IMG/VR virus record: IMGVR_UViG_3300042905_000504 | Coordinates: 1-37,450 of that record | DNA: 37,450 bases | Strand: one strand, 5' to 3' | Source of the DNA: a virus | Lineage: Duplodnaviria; Caudoviricetes | In this document: positions 1-8,593 of the stretch, in pieces | Numbering within the stretch: the first letter of the stretch is position 1 | How the letters are laid out: the number at the start of each line of letters is the position of its first letter | The notes under the pieces: generated by a model | The model's input: the letters and a program-made list of their open reading frames with translations, nothing else | Told to the model about the DNA's origin: nothing | Databases searched by the model: none | Made by a program: the position numbers and the translations under genes

Positions 1-712
1 GGCACCTGCTTGAGTGCCGGAGCGCACGCCCGGTGTTCTTCAGATAATAGCTGCCGAGCAAGTCGCGTGAACTAAGCCGCCCGCGAATGTGATGCAGGAT
101 CATCTGATCGCCAACGTAGACCGCAACATGGTTCAGGCCCCTTGCGCCATCGAGTGACATCAGCAGCGCATCACCAACCTGCAGCCGCTCAACATCCACC
201 TCAACGAACCCGGCCTCGCCCCAGCAGCGATCAAACATCGGATCCTCGTTGAACTGCTGCATCACCTCCGGCCGCTCCCAATCTGGGAGGTGCAACGCAA
301 ACTGCTCGGCGTACCAGTCACGCACCAGCGTCCAGCAATCGCTTACGCCCCACACCCACTGCCGTCCGATCAGCGGCGCCTTGAACCCGCTCGGTTCGCA
401 GGTTTCCCATTGCAGCGTGCCAGGGTTGACGATGTGCCACGGCAGACCGCTGCGCTCGCAGGCCATCCTGTCGGCATCGCTTGGTGTTGCGGGTGTGCGC
501 GGATGGCTGTGCACCACACCGACCACTTCGCCTGCATCTTCGGCTTCGGCATAGTCCTCAGTGCTCAGCACAAAGAAGTCCTGTGGCGTCTGCGCCAGGT
601 TGCGGCAGGGCCAGTACCGCTTGCGACCTTTTACCACCACCAGCAGGCCACACGCCTCTTTCGGCGCCTCCGCCAGCGCGTGCTCAACCGCAGCCTCCTG
701 CCACTTCATCAT
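1..712 (-). CDS. Tail assembly protein K-like (JAB/MPN + NlpC/P60), runs off the left edge near its C-terminus
   Basis: Not in the ORF track. Manual translation: [40 protein letters not shown]...VVHSHP...WGVSDCW...NHVAVYVGD...[12 protein letters not shown]. Has the EACG/HSHP JAB motif and the DCW/H NlpC motif, and follows gpL. Confidence 0.9.
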   Translation of the reverse strand, partial: MMKWQEAAVEHALAEAPKEACGLLVVVKGRKRYWPCRNLAQTPQDFFVLSTEDYAEAEDAGEVVGVVHSHPRTPATPSDADRMACERSGLPWHIVNPGTLQWETCEPSGFKAPLIGRQWVWGVSDCWTLVRDWYAEQFALHLPDWERPEVMQQFNEDPMFDRCWGEAGFVEVDVERLQVGDALLMSLDGARGLNHVAVYVGDQMILHHIRGRLSSRDLLGSYYLKNTGRALRHSSRC

Positions 713-2352
713 CCGTAGAACCCTCCAACGCCCGGGAACCCACCGAACGGTAGCTGTGCATTCTCGCCAAATCTTTTGCGGCAACTGCTTAGCCGCTTAC
801 CGCAGACATCATTCAACGCATCAACGGTGCCGGTGATAATCCGTGGCTCGATGGCGGTGCTGTAACCAGAAGCCCATAGCGGGGTCGTGGTGCCGCCGTG
901 ATAGAGCACCAGGTTTGCGTCGTTCTGCTGCGTCAGGTAGTTAGTCGAATAGCCGCTAGCCGTCCGCAGGTAGTAGACCGCTGCAACGCTGGTGAAGGTG
1001 CCCAAGGTGCCGGGGTTGACGACAGGGTCACCGTTGCGCCATGGGTTGTTGCTGCTGACAGTCACCTGCGCGTTGAAGTATTCATTCACTCGCCACATGC
1101 CCGTCGATGCGCTGACGGTTGCCTTGGCCATGGGCTTTAGGTTGGGATCGCCGTAGTCGTCATTGATTGTTGGTGCGCCTTGCGTCCATGAATAGTTGAC
1201 GGTCCGGCCCAGCGCAGTGAAGGCGTCTTTGTAGGCCTGCGATAGCTCAACAGATGTCGCCGTGTAGCTCAGCGTTACAGTCTTGGTGCCAACGGTGAAC
1301 AGCTTCGTCGCCGTGCGCGACTGCCCTGCGTAGGTGTCAGCGTTGCCGAGCACCTCATAGAAGAACGCCCCAGCGCGGCCGGTGTTGACCGTGCTCTCAA
1401 GCCTCCAGTCCATGTGCCTGACAGCCGTCGGCGTGCCCAGCAGCGCCGTGTTCGTGGCCCATATTGCCGTGCCATTGCTGCGATACATGACTAGGTTGCC
1501 ATCGGTCTGCATCACGAGCCGGTAAGCATCAGAGCCGACCGTGTCGAGTGCCCATCGTGCATTTGCGCTTGGGTTGTCCTTGGCATAAGTGACCAGGTTC
1601 GAATCAGCCTGCAGCGTGGTCCTGAACCAAGCATTTGCAGACGTCAGCGATTGACCCACGAACAAGCTGCTGCCAGCGCTCAGGGTTGCAGTGCCAGCCG
1701 CAAAGTTCGTCGCAGGGCTTGTCGCCAGCGCGTTGTCGTTCTCGTCGAAGTAGTTGGTCCCGGTGTAGCCGCACTCAGAACCGCGATACTCCCACGGGCA
1801 GGCAGTGGCCAGTGCAATGCGTTTCGGGGCACGCACGCCAGCTAGGTCAAACGCAGCCGTCAGCTCGAACTCAACGAAGTCACGCGTCTCGGTGACCTTA
1901 CGATCGACGTAATAAACCTCACGCGGCATCTCAGCGGTCGGGTCTGGCGTGCCGTATGGGTTGGCGCCACCGTCGAAGTTATTGGCATCAAGGAACCGGC
2001 TCAGCGTGCGGATCCGTGTGAACTTTGCACCGGTCAGGTCGTTGCCGACGGTGTAGGCGTTGACATCCAGCAGGATCAGCGAGATCGACCCGAACAGGTT
2101 GGAGACTCTGACCTTGGGTCGTGGCAGTTGCCCGTTGCCGCTGTACTCAAACCCGCCCACCTCGATCGGGAAGGCCATGTAATTGTTGCCGCCCCAATAG
2201 ACATCGCCTTTGGTCAGCGTGCCATTCACGCCATTGTGGAACCGGTAAACCGTATTGCTGCCATGGATCTTCTGAATCAGCTCAAGCTCAAACAGCTCGA
2301 TGATCGCCGCAGGGTTTGAACTGATTAACTCCCGGAATAGTTCGCCGCTCAT
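709..2352 (-). CDS. Tail tip protein L (lambda gpL-like) with an inserted bulb-type lectin domain
   Basis: gpL N-terminus ([32 protein letters not shown]), four Cys ([10 protein letters not shown]...CGKRLSSC), C-terminal LPFGGFPG. Three QxDxNLVxY motifs lie between Cys2 and Cys3. Confidence 0.9.
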   Translation of the reverse strand: MSGELFRELISSNPAAIIELFELELIQKIHGSNTVYRFHNGVNGTLTKGDVYWGGNNYMAFPIEVGGFEYSGNGQLPRPKVRVSNLFGSISLILLDVNAYTVGNDLTGAKFTRIRTLSRFLDANNFDGGANPYGTPDPTAEMPREVYYVDRKVTETRDFVEFELTAAFDLAGVRAPKRIALATACPWEYRGSECGYTGTNYFDENDNALATSPATNFAAGTATLSAGSSLFVGQSLTSANAWFRTTLQADSNLVTYAKDNPSANARWALDTVGSDAYRLVMQTDGNLVMYRSNGTAIWATNTALLGTPTAVRHMDWRLESTVNTGRAGAFFYEVLGNADTYAGQSRTATKLFTVGTKTVTLSYTATSVELSQAYKDAFTALGRTVNYSWTQGAPTINDDYGDPNLKPMAKATVSASTGMWRVNEYFNAQVTVSSNNPWRNGDPVVNPGTLGTFTSVAAVYYLRTASGYSTNYLTQQNDANLVLYHGGTTTPLWASGYSTAIEPRIITGTVDALNDVCGKRLSSCRKRFGENAQLPFGGFPGVGGFYG

Positions 2353-2687
2353 GGTTCAAACACTTGCGTGAATGTTGCGGTGATCGTCGCCCGGTTCAGG
2401 TATGGGATCACTTTGGTCCACTGCTGGCAGATCCATTTCCCGGTGCTGCCGTCTGGTGTAGTCCAATCGAACGATTCAGCACCTGCGCGTGCCTCTAGGA
2501 ATGTCTCGATCGTGTCTGCATTGGCCTCGGTGATGTTCTGCCATGTCAGGTCCCACTGCTTGGGGTCCTGGTTCAGTCCATACCGCAGCCGTTGCGCGTA
2601 GCCATCGCCAAACTGCACGTTACGGACCCGTGGCTGGCTGGTCTTCTGTGCGCCATAAGACGGCGTGATCGCTGGAAAGGTAGCCAT
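2349..2687 (-). CDS. Minor tail / distal tail protein M (lambda gpM-like)
   Basis: VQFGDGYAQR...[28 protein letters not shown]. Lies between tape measure and gpL. Confidence 0.9.
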   Translation of the reverse strand: MATFPAITPSYGAQKTSQPRVRNVQFGDGYAQRLRYGLNQDPKQWDLTWQNITEANADTIETFLEARAGAESFDWTTPDGSTGKWICQQWTKVIPYLNRATITATFTQVFEP

Positions 2688-5023
2688 TAGGCGAGTATCC
2701 CTCCTGGGCGCTTCTGTTTGATCAATTCTGCCTGCACAGCAGCAGCAACAGCACGGCCAAGCTGTCCGCCCTGCCCTTGATCGCCTTGCACTTTACTACC
2801 AGTTGCATCGACATTGACCACCACGTTCACGCCACCGCCAAAGCTGCCAGTCGGTGCAATGCCGCCGCTACGCCCTGGCATAAACAGCTCAGGGCCACGC
2901 TCGCCGACAAGATACGGCTGCCCAGCACGGACGCTGCCACCCTTGGCGCGGAAGCCAAGGCCAATGGTGCTAAAAGGCGTTGACGTAAAATTACCCGACA
3001 GCATTGATGTGCTCAGCGCGCTGCCGCTAACGCCTGAATATGAAAGCCCGCCCGTTTTGGGGCCAAACAAGTTGCCGATAGCACTAATGGCTTTATTAAT
3101 GATATAAATCTGAATCAATTGCTGTGCAATATCAACCAACACTCCTGATGCTATGCGTCGCAAGCTAGCGCCAAAGCTCTCGCTGCCTTGAATCAGCGCA
3201 TCGAACGCTGATGTCATGCCTTGACCGATGGTGACAGCAACGCCATCAGCCAACTCCTTGTGCTGCCTTTGCCCATCGGTTAGTTCAGCCTGCAAATTGA
3301 CTTGCCTTTCAAGTGCAGCAATCTGATTAACGGCACTTTCTTGCTGCAGTTCATTTAGCTCGCGCTGGACTTCGCGCTGATTGGCTACCAACGCCGTGTT
3401 GCCTTCATAAATAATGGCTTCTTGCGCTCTGATGCCTTTCATTTTGGCCAAATCCTGCGCGTAGCGGTACTGAATGTCGAGCGCCTTTTGTTGGCCTTGT
3501 AAGCGCGCAACAAGTTGCTTGTCACCAGCCATCTCTGCAGCGGCAATCTTGTCTTGCAACGTAGACCTGAGCTGCAATATCTGCCCCTCGGCTAGCCGAT
3601 CCCGGATGACCTGACCGACGCGGGCCTGCTCCTTGGCGGCAGCCTCAGCCGCGCGCTCTGCTTCACGGGCGGCTTTATTGGCAGTGCCTTTGCCTTTTTT
3701 TGTATCTCTGCCGCCAAAATCACGCCCTTGCATCGAAAGACGAATTGGCACTTCCGGCCCAGCCGGTGCGTCGTACCCCTTGGCGCCTCTTTTGCGCGCG
3801 CCGATATTAGCGACTCCGCCAAGGATTGAAGCGCCGCCAAGGGTCATCACATCAAGCAACATAGCCAATCCTTTATTGCGTCCCATTTCATTGAATCTTC
3901 CAATTAACCCTCCAAGTCCGCTGTCGATGTTTGACACGCCAAGGCTTACGCCACCCATAGCGCCAGCTAAAACTTCAAAACCAGATTTCAGGTCACCAAC
4001 AAATCGTGTCGCCTCTTTAAGTGCTGCTGTTATCTGCTTGATGCTTCCTGTAACAATAGGAGCCACGCTGCTAGCCACTTCAATCTTAAAATCTTCAAAA
4101 GCATTTTGCAAATCAACAATTCTCTGCTGCGGAGTGTCCAGCGACTCTGCTAATTTTTGCGCTCCTTCCGTTCGCACGCGGTCGAGCGCTCTGACAATAA
4201 CATCAGCCGTAATCTTGCCTTCAGAGCCAAACTTTTTGATGCTGCCAACATTTATGTCAAGCTCTTTTGCGATTGCCTGCGCAATCGTTGGCATCTGTTC
4301 AAGAACAGATCTAAGTTCATCGCCTTGTAGCGTGCCACTGCCTAAGCCTTGCGACAGTTGCAAGAATGCAGCAGAAGCTGCATCAGCACTAACTCCGCTT
4401 AGTTTGACGGCGGTATTAAAACCTTCATAAATTGCGTTGATTTCATTCAGTTGAAAACCAACAGGTCTCAATCTTGTATAAATATCTGCAACTGCATTAG
4501 CTGCTTGAGTCTGCGAAAGTCCAAACGTATCGGCTGCATTCTGAGCAGACTGCAAGACTAGGCGGTAATCGTCAAAGCCTTGGCTAACTAATTTGATGCG
4601 GCTTTGTGCTGCATTAGCAGCATTGGCTGCATCAAGAAATGATGTTGCAATGCGTTGTGCGTTGAATGCCGCTGCACCAATGGCGAGGCCTGCCAGGGCA
4701 CTAGCGGCTTCGTTGGTTGCGCGGTTTGCGCCTTGCAACCTAGCTTCATATTCTGCAATTTGCTTGCCAGCTTTTTGATATAGTGCGCCACCAATCTGAA
4801 CTTTGCTCTGGACTTCTCGCAATGCAGCGATCTGCTGACGGATTGCTGCTTCTGTATTGGCTACTTTTGCGCCGAAAACAGATTGAACCTGTCCGGCAGT
4901 TGCAAAAGCAGACTTTAATTTTTGAGTCGCAGTCTCGGCTTGAGCAGATGCCCGCATGGCATCCCGCAGCGCATTAACCGCCTGCCGCGCATCAACCCTT
5001 AACTCAACGTTAGAGACTGCCAT
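2687..5023 (-). CDS. Tail tape measure protein
   Basis: 778 aa, Ala-rich and helical. Has the QLSQGLGSGTLQGDELRSVLEQMP tape-measure domain and C-terminal YLVGERGPELFMP and KQKRPGGILA. Confidence 0.93.
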   Translation of the reverse strand: MAVSNVELRVDARQAVNALRDAMRASAQAETATQKLKSAFATAGQVQSVFGAKVANTEAAIRQQIAALREVQSKVQIGGALYQKAGKQIAEYEARLQGANRATNEAASALAGLAIGAAAFNAQRIATSFLDAANAANAAQSRIKLVSQGFDDYRLVLQSAQNAADTFGLSQTQAANAVADIYTRLRPVGFQLNEINAIYEGFNTAVKLSGVSADAASAAFLQLSQGLGSGTLQGDELRSVLEQMPTIAQAIAKELDINVGSIKKFGSEGKITADVIVRALDRVRTEGAQKLAESLDTPQQRIVDLQNAFEDFKIEVASSVAPIVTGSIKQITAALKEATRFVGDLKSGFEVLAGAMGGVSLGVSNIDSGLGGLIGRFNEMGRNKGLAMLLDVMTLGGASILGGVANIGARKRGAKGYDAPAGPEVPIRLSMQGRDFGGRDTKKGKGTANKAAREAERAAEAAAKEQARVGQVIRDRLAEGQILQLRSTLQDKIAAAEMAGDKQLVARLQGQQKALDIQYRYAQDLAKMKGIRAQEAIIYEGNTALVANQREVQRELNELQQESAVNQIAALERQVNLQAELTDGQRQHKELADGVAVTIGQGMTSAFDALIQGSESFGASLRRIASGVLVDIAQQLIQIYIINKAISAIGNLFGPKTGGLSYSGVSGSALSTSMLSGNFTSTPFSTIGLGFRAKGGSVRAGQPYLVGERGPELFMPGRSGGIAPTGSFGGGVNVVVNVDATGSKVQGDQGQGGQLGRAVAAAVQAELIKQKRPGGILA

Positions 5024-5032
5024 GGCACCAGT

Positions 5033-5215
5033 TTACCGGCGACGGGCCTTATCCATTGCTTCTTTCTCGCGTTCGCCTTTGATTTCGTAAAACGCCGCAA
5101 AATGGACGAACTCAGCATCGGTCAGCTCAGTCCGCAACCGGCTGACCGTCATGCCAAGCTCAGTGGCCAGGAAGAACTCAAAAAAGAGCCAACTGTCCTG
5201 GCCTAGCCTTTTTTT
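5033..5215 (-). CDS. Tail assembly chaperone gpT portion, reached by -1 frameshift from gpG
   Basis: The -1 frame after A AAA AAA reads KKRLGQDSWLFFEFFLATELGMTVSRLRTELTDAEFVHFAAFYEIKGEREKEAMDKARRR* and fills the gap before the tape measure gene. Confidence 0.85.
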   Translation of the reverse strand, partial: KKRLGQDSWLFFEFFLATELGMTVSRLRTELTDAEFVHFAAFYEIKGEREKEAMDKARRR

Positions 5216-5559
5216 GCTTCCTCAAGCCCGGCATCATCGCCAAGACCGAACAGGAACAGCTCCAGTTCGTTCAGCACCCGTTCAGGTAGCTCGCGTTGCA
5301 GTTTGGCCGCATCAGCCGCTACAAATGCCTTGCTGCCGTCTTCCAGCTCAGCAATCTGGCACAGCATGTAGGTGCTGATTTCCAGCGCCTCATCGGACCC
5401 TGCCATCGTGGTGGCACGTTTGCGATCGGCGCGGGTGATCGGCTTAAAATAAAGGTCCAGCACCGTATCGCCAGCATCGTTCTTGATGCTGAACTTACGG
5501 CGCTGGTTCAGGTCAAATGCACCGGCGAGCAAGTCAACCGGGCGTTGCGTGGCGGGCAT
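5203..5559 (-). CDS. Tail assembly chaperone gpG
   Basis: Lies between tail tube and tape measure and ends GCA AAA AAA GGC TAG (slippery site). Confidence 0.85.
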   Translation of the reverse strand: MPATQRPVDLLAGAFDLNQRRKFSIKNDAGDTVLDLYFKPITRADRKRATTMAGSDEALEISTYMLCQIAELEDGSKAFVAADAAKLQRELPERVLNELELFLFGLGDDAGLEEAKKG

Positions 5560-5978
5560 TAGATGCTGAGGGTGAGAGTTCCGCTGGAGACGAAGTTAAT
5601 CGTAACGATCTCAAGCTCGCCAACAGTAGCGGAATATTCAGAGCTTGTCACCACGATGGTGCCGGTGATCTTTTTGCCGCCGGTTTCGTCAAGGTACAAC
5701 TCAACCGCTGCGTCGGCCTCGTCGGTGGTCTGGTTGGCATCCTTGATAAGGTCCAGCTTGTCGCCAGCGCCTGGGGCGTCGTACATCACCTCGATGGTGC
5801 CCGATCCGCTGATCAGGCCACCTACGTTGGCACGGTAAGTGGCGCCTTGGGAGGTCACATCCAGTGACTCCTTCTCAACGGTCATGCTCCAAGACCGCAC
5901 TGCAGCAATCTCGGACAGGCCGCCACTGCCAGCCTTGTCAAAGAAGACCGTGCCTTGTTGCCCGCGATAGAAAGCCAT
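5559..5978 (-). CDS. Tail tube (major tail) protein, copy 2
   Basis: Beta-rich tube-like sequence (RSWSMTVEKESLD..GLISGSGTIEV..INFVSSG). Paralog of 5981-6397. Confidence 0.8.
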   Translation of the reverse strand: MAFYRGQQGTVFFDKAGSGGLSEIAAVRSWSMTVEKESLDVTSQGATYRANVGGLISGSGTIEVMYDAPGAGDKLDLIKDANQTTDEADAAVELYLDETGGKKITGTIVVTSSEYSATVGELEIVTINFVSSGTLTLSI

Positions 5979-5980
5979 GA

Positions 5981-6397
5981 TCAGATGTCCAGGGTGATGG
6001 CGCCGTTGGTGACGAAGTTCATGGTAATGACTTCGATTTCACCCACGGTAGCCGAGTATTCAGCAGAGGTGATCACGCCATCAAAGCTGATCTTCTTGGT
6101 GCCGGTGGTGTCCAGGAACAGTTCAAACAACGCAAGCCCCTCATCGCTTGCGGTGTTGACGTGCTCAATGAACACGTTGGTCTCGTCGCTGCTACTGGCG
6201 GTATACAGCACTTCAACAGTGCCGCTGCCACTGATCAGCCCGCCGACATTGGCGCGGTAGGTGGCGCCCAGTGCAGTGGTGTCAAGCGATTCCTTTTCAA
6301 CGGTCAGCGACCATGACCGTGTACTGGTGATTGCTGCAGCGGTTGAACCAGCATCGTCGAACTTGACGCTGCCTTGCTGCCCTCGGTAAAAAGCCAT
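5981..6397 (-). CDS. Tail tube (major tail) protein, copy 1
   Basis: RSWSLTVEKESLDTT..GLISGSGTVEV..MNFVTNG. Follows the tail terminator gene. Confidence 0.85.
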   Translation of the reverse strand: MAFYRGQQGSVKFDDAGSTAAAITSTRSWSLTVEKESLDTTALGATYRANVGGLISGSGTVEVLYTASSSDETNVFIEHVNTASDEGLALFELFLDTTGTKKISFDGVITSAEYSATVGEIEVITMNFVTNGAITLDI

Positions 6398-6399
6398 GG

Positions 6400-6825
6400 C
6401 TAGAGATCCTCGAAGGTTTCAAAGGTCAATCTGACCTGCGTTTGGAAGAAACCCTCCGGTGCTGGCGCAGCCACTACCTCGGGTCCGATCGGCGGGTCAA
6501 AATGAACGCCGCTGACTATGGCTCTATTGTAAAGGTCCCGAATGCGTTTTCCAATCGTCAGGTTAGCGCCAGGTCCAACGCCTTTTGGTGTGAAGATATT
6601 GATTGCCACCACACCGATCACGCTGTTGCTGCTGCCGGTGGTGCCGCCCATGGTCAGGTAGTCATTAGCGCCAAAGCTGACGAGGCACTGCACCCATGAG
6701 CTGTTTGGTGTTGGCACATAAGGCTGATTATGGAACACCACCGGGACTGCTGGCGCTAATGCCAGCTCGGTGGCAAGCCGGGCTTCGATGGTGGCGCGGA
6801 TGGTATTGAGGTTGACAGCAGCCAT
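6400..6825 (-). CDS. Tail terminator / tail completion protein
   Basis: Synteny plus GVVAINIFTPKGVG and FFQTQVRLTFE motifs typical of siphophage tail terminators. Confidence 0.7.
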   Translation of the reverse strand: MAAVNLNTIRATIEARLATELALAPAVPVVFHNQPYVPTPNSSWVQCLVSFGANDYLTMGGTTGSSNSVIGVVAINIFTPKGVGPGANLTIGKRIRDLYNRAIVSGVHFDPPIGPEVVAAPAPEGFFQTQVRLTFETFEDL

Positions 6826-7265
6826 CAGCCTTGCCTCCTGATGCGCTCCCAGTTCTGGTCTACAAAGCGCTGCATTTCACGGGCTATCAGATCGGGGTAT
6901 CCAGGAACCGTGCCTTGCTTAGTTCTGTATCGCCCACCCCATGATGGTGGCAAATTGGTTCCCCTTGCCACGGGTTCCGCATAGGGCAGGTTGTTGTGAA
7001 TGCTGTAGTAGTTGCCCAGCTTCTCTTGTCCTGGCTGGTAGTTGCTGCCCTTGGGCGGCGTGATGTCAGCGTCGTAGCTGCCTTCAGGTGCAGGGGTGCT
7101 GTCGGCTGCGTTCTGGCCAATCTGCCAACTAACGCGGAACCGTCCGGTATCGACCGGGCTTTGCAGCTTAAGCCTTGCATCAGTTTCCAGCACCGTTACG
7201 CGCAGCAGTGTTTCAAGCTGGTCGCCCATGTATTTGCCAATATCACGGATGGGCAGGTTGCTCAT
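6825..7265 (-). CDS. HK97 gp10-like neck/tail completion protein
   Basis: SPVDTGRFRVSW and HNNLPYAE motifs. Confidence 0.8.
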   Translation of the reverse strand: MSNLPIRDIGKYMGDQLETLLRVTVLETDARLKLQSPVDTGRFRVSWQIGQNAADSTPAPEGSYDADITPPKGSNYQPGQEKLGNYYSIHNNLPYAEPVARGTNLPPSWGGRYRTKQGTVPGYPDLIAREMQRFVDQNWERIRRQG

Positions 7266-7618
7266 GCTCTTAGGATTAGCTCGTAGGTGATCGCGGTGTT
7301 GTCCTGCTCGATCGTTTGGACACGGATGACCTGATGCACCACGCTATTGATCAGCACTTTGTCAACCGTGGTCGGCGCTGTGCTCAGATCCGCCGCTGCA
7401 ATGATTAGCCGCTTATCGCCAGCCTGCACCAACTCATTCACCTCGCGCACGGTGACATCTTCCAGCACGCCCCGAACGGTCGTATCTGTATTGGTCTCGG
7501 CAATGGTGCCCGTTGTGGGGTCGTAACTGCCGGTGGCAACACGGCGGATCGTTGCAACACCGCCAAAGCGTGCCATCAGCTTGCTGGCAACCTTCCGTAG
7601 CGGACTAGCTAATGCCAT
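7262..7618 (-). CDS. Head closure / head-tail adaptor protein
   Basis: GSYDPTTG, VQAGDKRL, YELILRA motifs; synteny. Confidence 0.7.
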   Translation of the reverse strand: MALASPLRKVASKLMARFGGVATIRRVATGSYDPTTGTIAETNTDTTVRGVLEDVTVREVNELVQAGDKRLIIAAADLSTAPTTVDKVLINSVVHQVIRVQTIEQDNTAITYELILRA

Positions 7619-8151
7619 TAGGCAACCTGCACTGCTGTAAGGATAATGCCAGGAATGGAAGGATGAGCTGGTCCGGATGGCGAGGATGGAAGCGATTGGA
7701 TGCTAGCGGCTACGTTTGTGGTAGACCAAATTAGCTCCAAATAATCATTAGCTGCAAGTTTTAGAACATAGTTCACGCAACCAATGACGTGGCCATCAAC
7801 GCTGCCATGCCTTGCAATGATGCTGAACTTGCTGTCGCTAGCCGGCACGTTGCCAGCGTCACCTTCATTGTTCTTGCGCAGCCAGATATTGATGTCGTGA
7901 ATCGAGCTGCTTGTGTTCACAAACTGGACAGAGTAAGTGACGCTGTAAACGCCTGCCCTAGAAAAGGTGACTCGTGAGCCAGAAACAATGCTTATCCCAC
8001 GGCTATCAGCATCCGTTGAATTGATGCCAACTGAATAGGCAGTGTTGGCAGCCGCTGCAATCTGCTGAGTCGTGTCGTAAAACGATCCCCACAGCATTTG
8101 GTTGCGGACTGTATCAAGACCACTTGTGAACGGATTGAGCTTAAATGCCAT
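7618..8151 (-). CDS. Virion accessory protein with a C1q/TNF (BclA C-terminal)-like jelly-roll domain
   Basis: GSFYDTT, VTFSRAGVYSVTYSVQF, IWLRKN, LAANDYLELIW follow the C1q-like strand pattern. Confidence 0.55.
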   Translation of the reverse strand: MAFKLNPFTSGLDTVRNQMLWGSFYDTTQQIAAAANTAYSVGINSTDADSRGISIVSGSRVTFSRAGVYSVTYSVQFVNTSSSIHDINIWLRKNNEGDAGNVPASDSKFSIIARHGSVDGHVIGCVNYVLKLAANDYLELIWSTTNVAASIQSLPSSPSGPAHPSIPGIILTAVQVA

Positions 8152-8154
8152 TGC

Positions 8155-8364
8155 TCAGCTCCGAACAACGGTAAGCAGATTATTGTTGCCGTCGTAGGTC
8201 ATTGTCAGCACTGCTACGGTTTTGCCGCTTGTGCCGCCACGTTTGTACGTTGCAGTCAGCAAGTTGTTCGCGCCGTCGTATGTATTGACAATGCAATCAT
8301 GCGTAGGGATCTCGAGCCCGTCGCGGGCAACAGCATCACCGCCACCGGGGAGAACGTAAGCCAT
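8155..8364 (-). CDS. Small hypothetical virion protein with duplicated TYDG(A/N)NNLLT
   Basis: Tightly coupled in the head-tail operon. Contains TYDGANNLLT and TYDGNNNLLT. Confidence 0.7.
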   Translation of the reverse strand: MAYVLPGGGDAVARDGLEIPTHDCIVNTYDGANNLLTATYKRGGTSGKTVAVLTMTYDGNNNLLTVVRS

Positions 8365-8591
8365 CAGATCCTGTAAGCGATGATTTTGCCGCTAGCCAGC
8401 GTGACGCTTGTGAACACGCCTTCGATAAAATCGCCCTTGCCAAGTGGAACCGACGTAAAAGCGTTGCCAGTTGCGTTTTGCACCGTAGCCGTACTGATCA
8501 CAGCATCGGCAACGGCATAGAGTTTATAGAACCTGCCGGTGTGTGCAGCCGTGTCGCTGATGTACTCAAAGCCAATGCTGTAGTCGTCCAT
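8364..8591 (-). CDS. Small hypothetical virion protein
   Basis: Coupled start/stop, beta-rich. Confidence 0.7.
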   Translation of the reverse strand: MDDYSIGFEYISDTAAHTGRFYKLYAVADAVISTATVQNATGNAFTSVPLGKGDFIEGVFTSVTLASGKIIAYRI

Positions 8592-8593
8592 GA

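Noticed and set aside
249-836. Plus-strand ORFs at the left end
   Set aside because: The real gene is the minus-strand gpK (1-712), omitted from the track because it has no stop inside the window.
5559-6397. Tail tube duplication as a DGR template/variable repeat pair or an assembly artefact
   Set aside because: No reverse transcriptase is present, differences are not adenine-specific, and the copies are too diverged to be an artefact.
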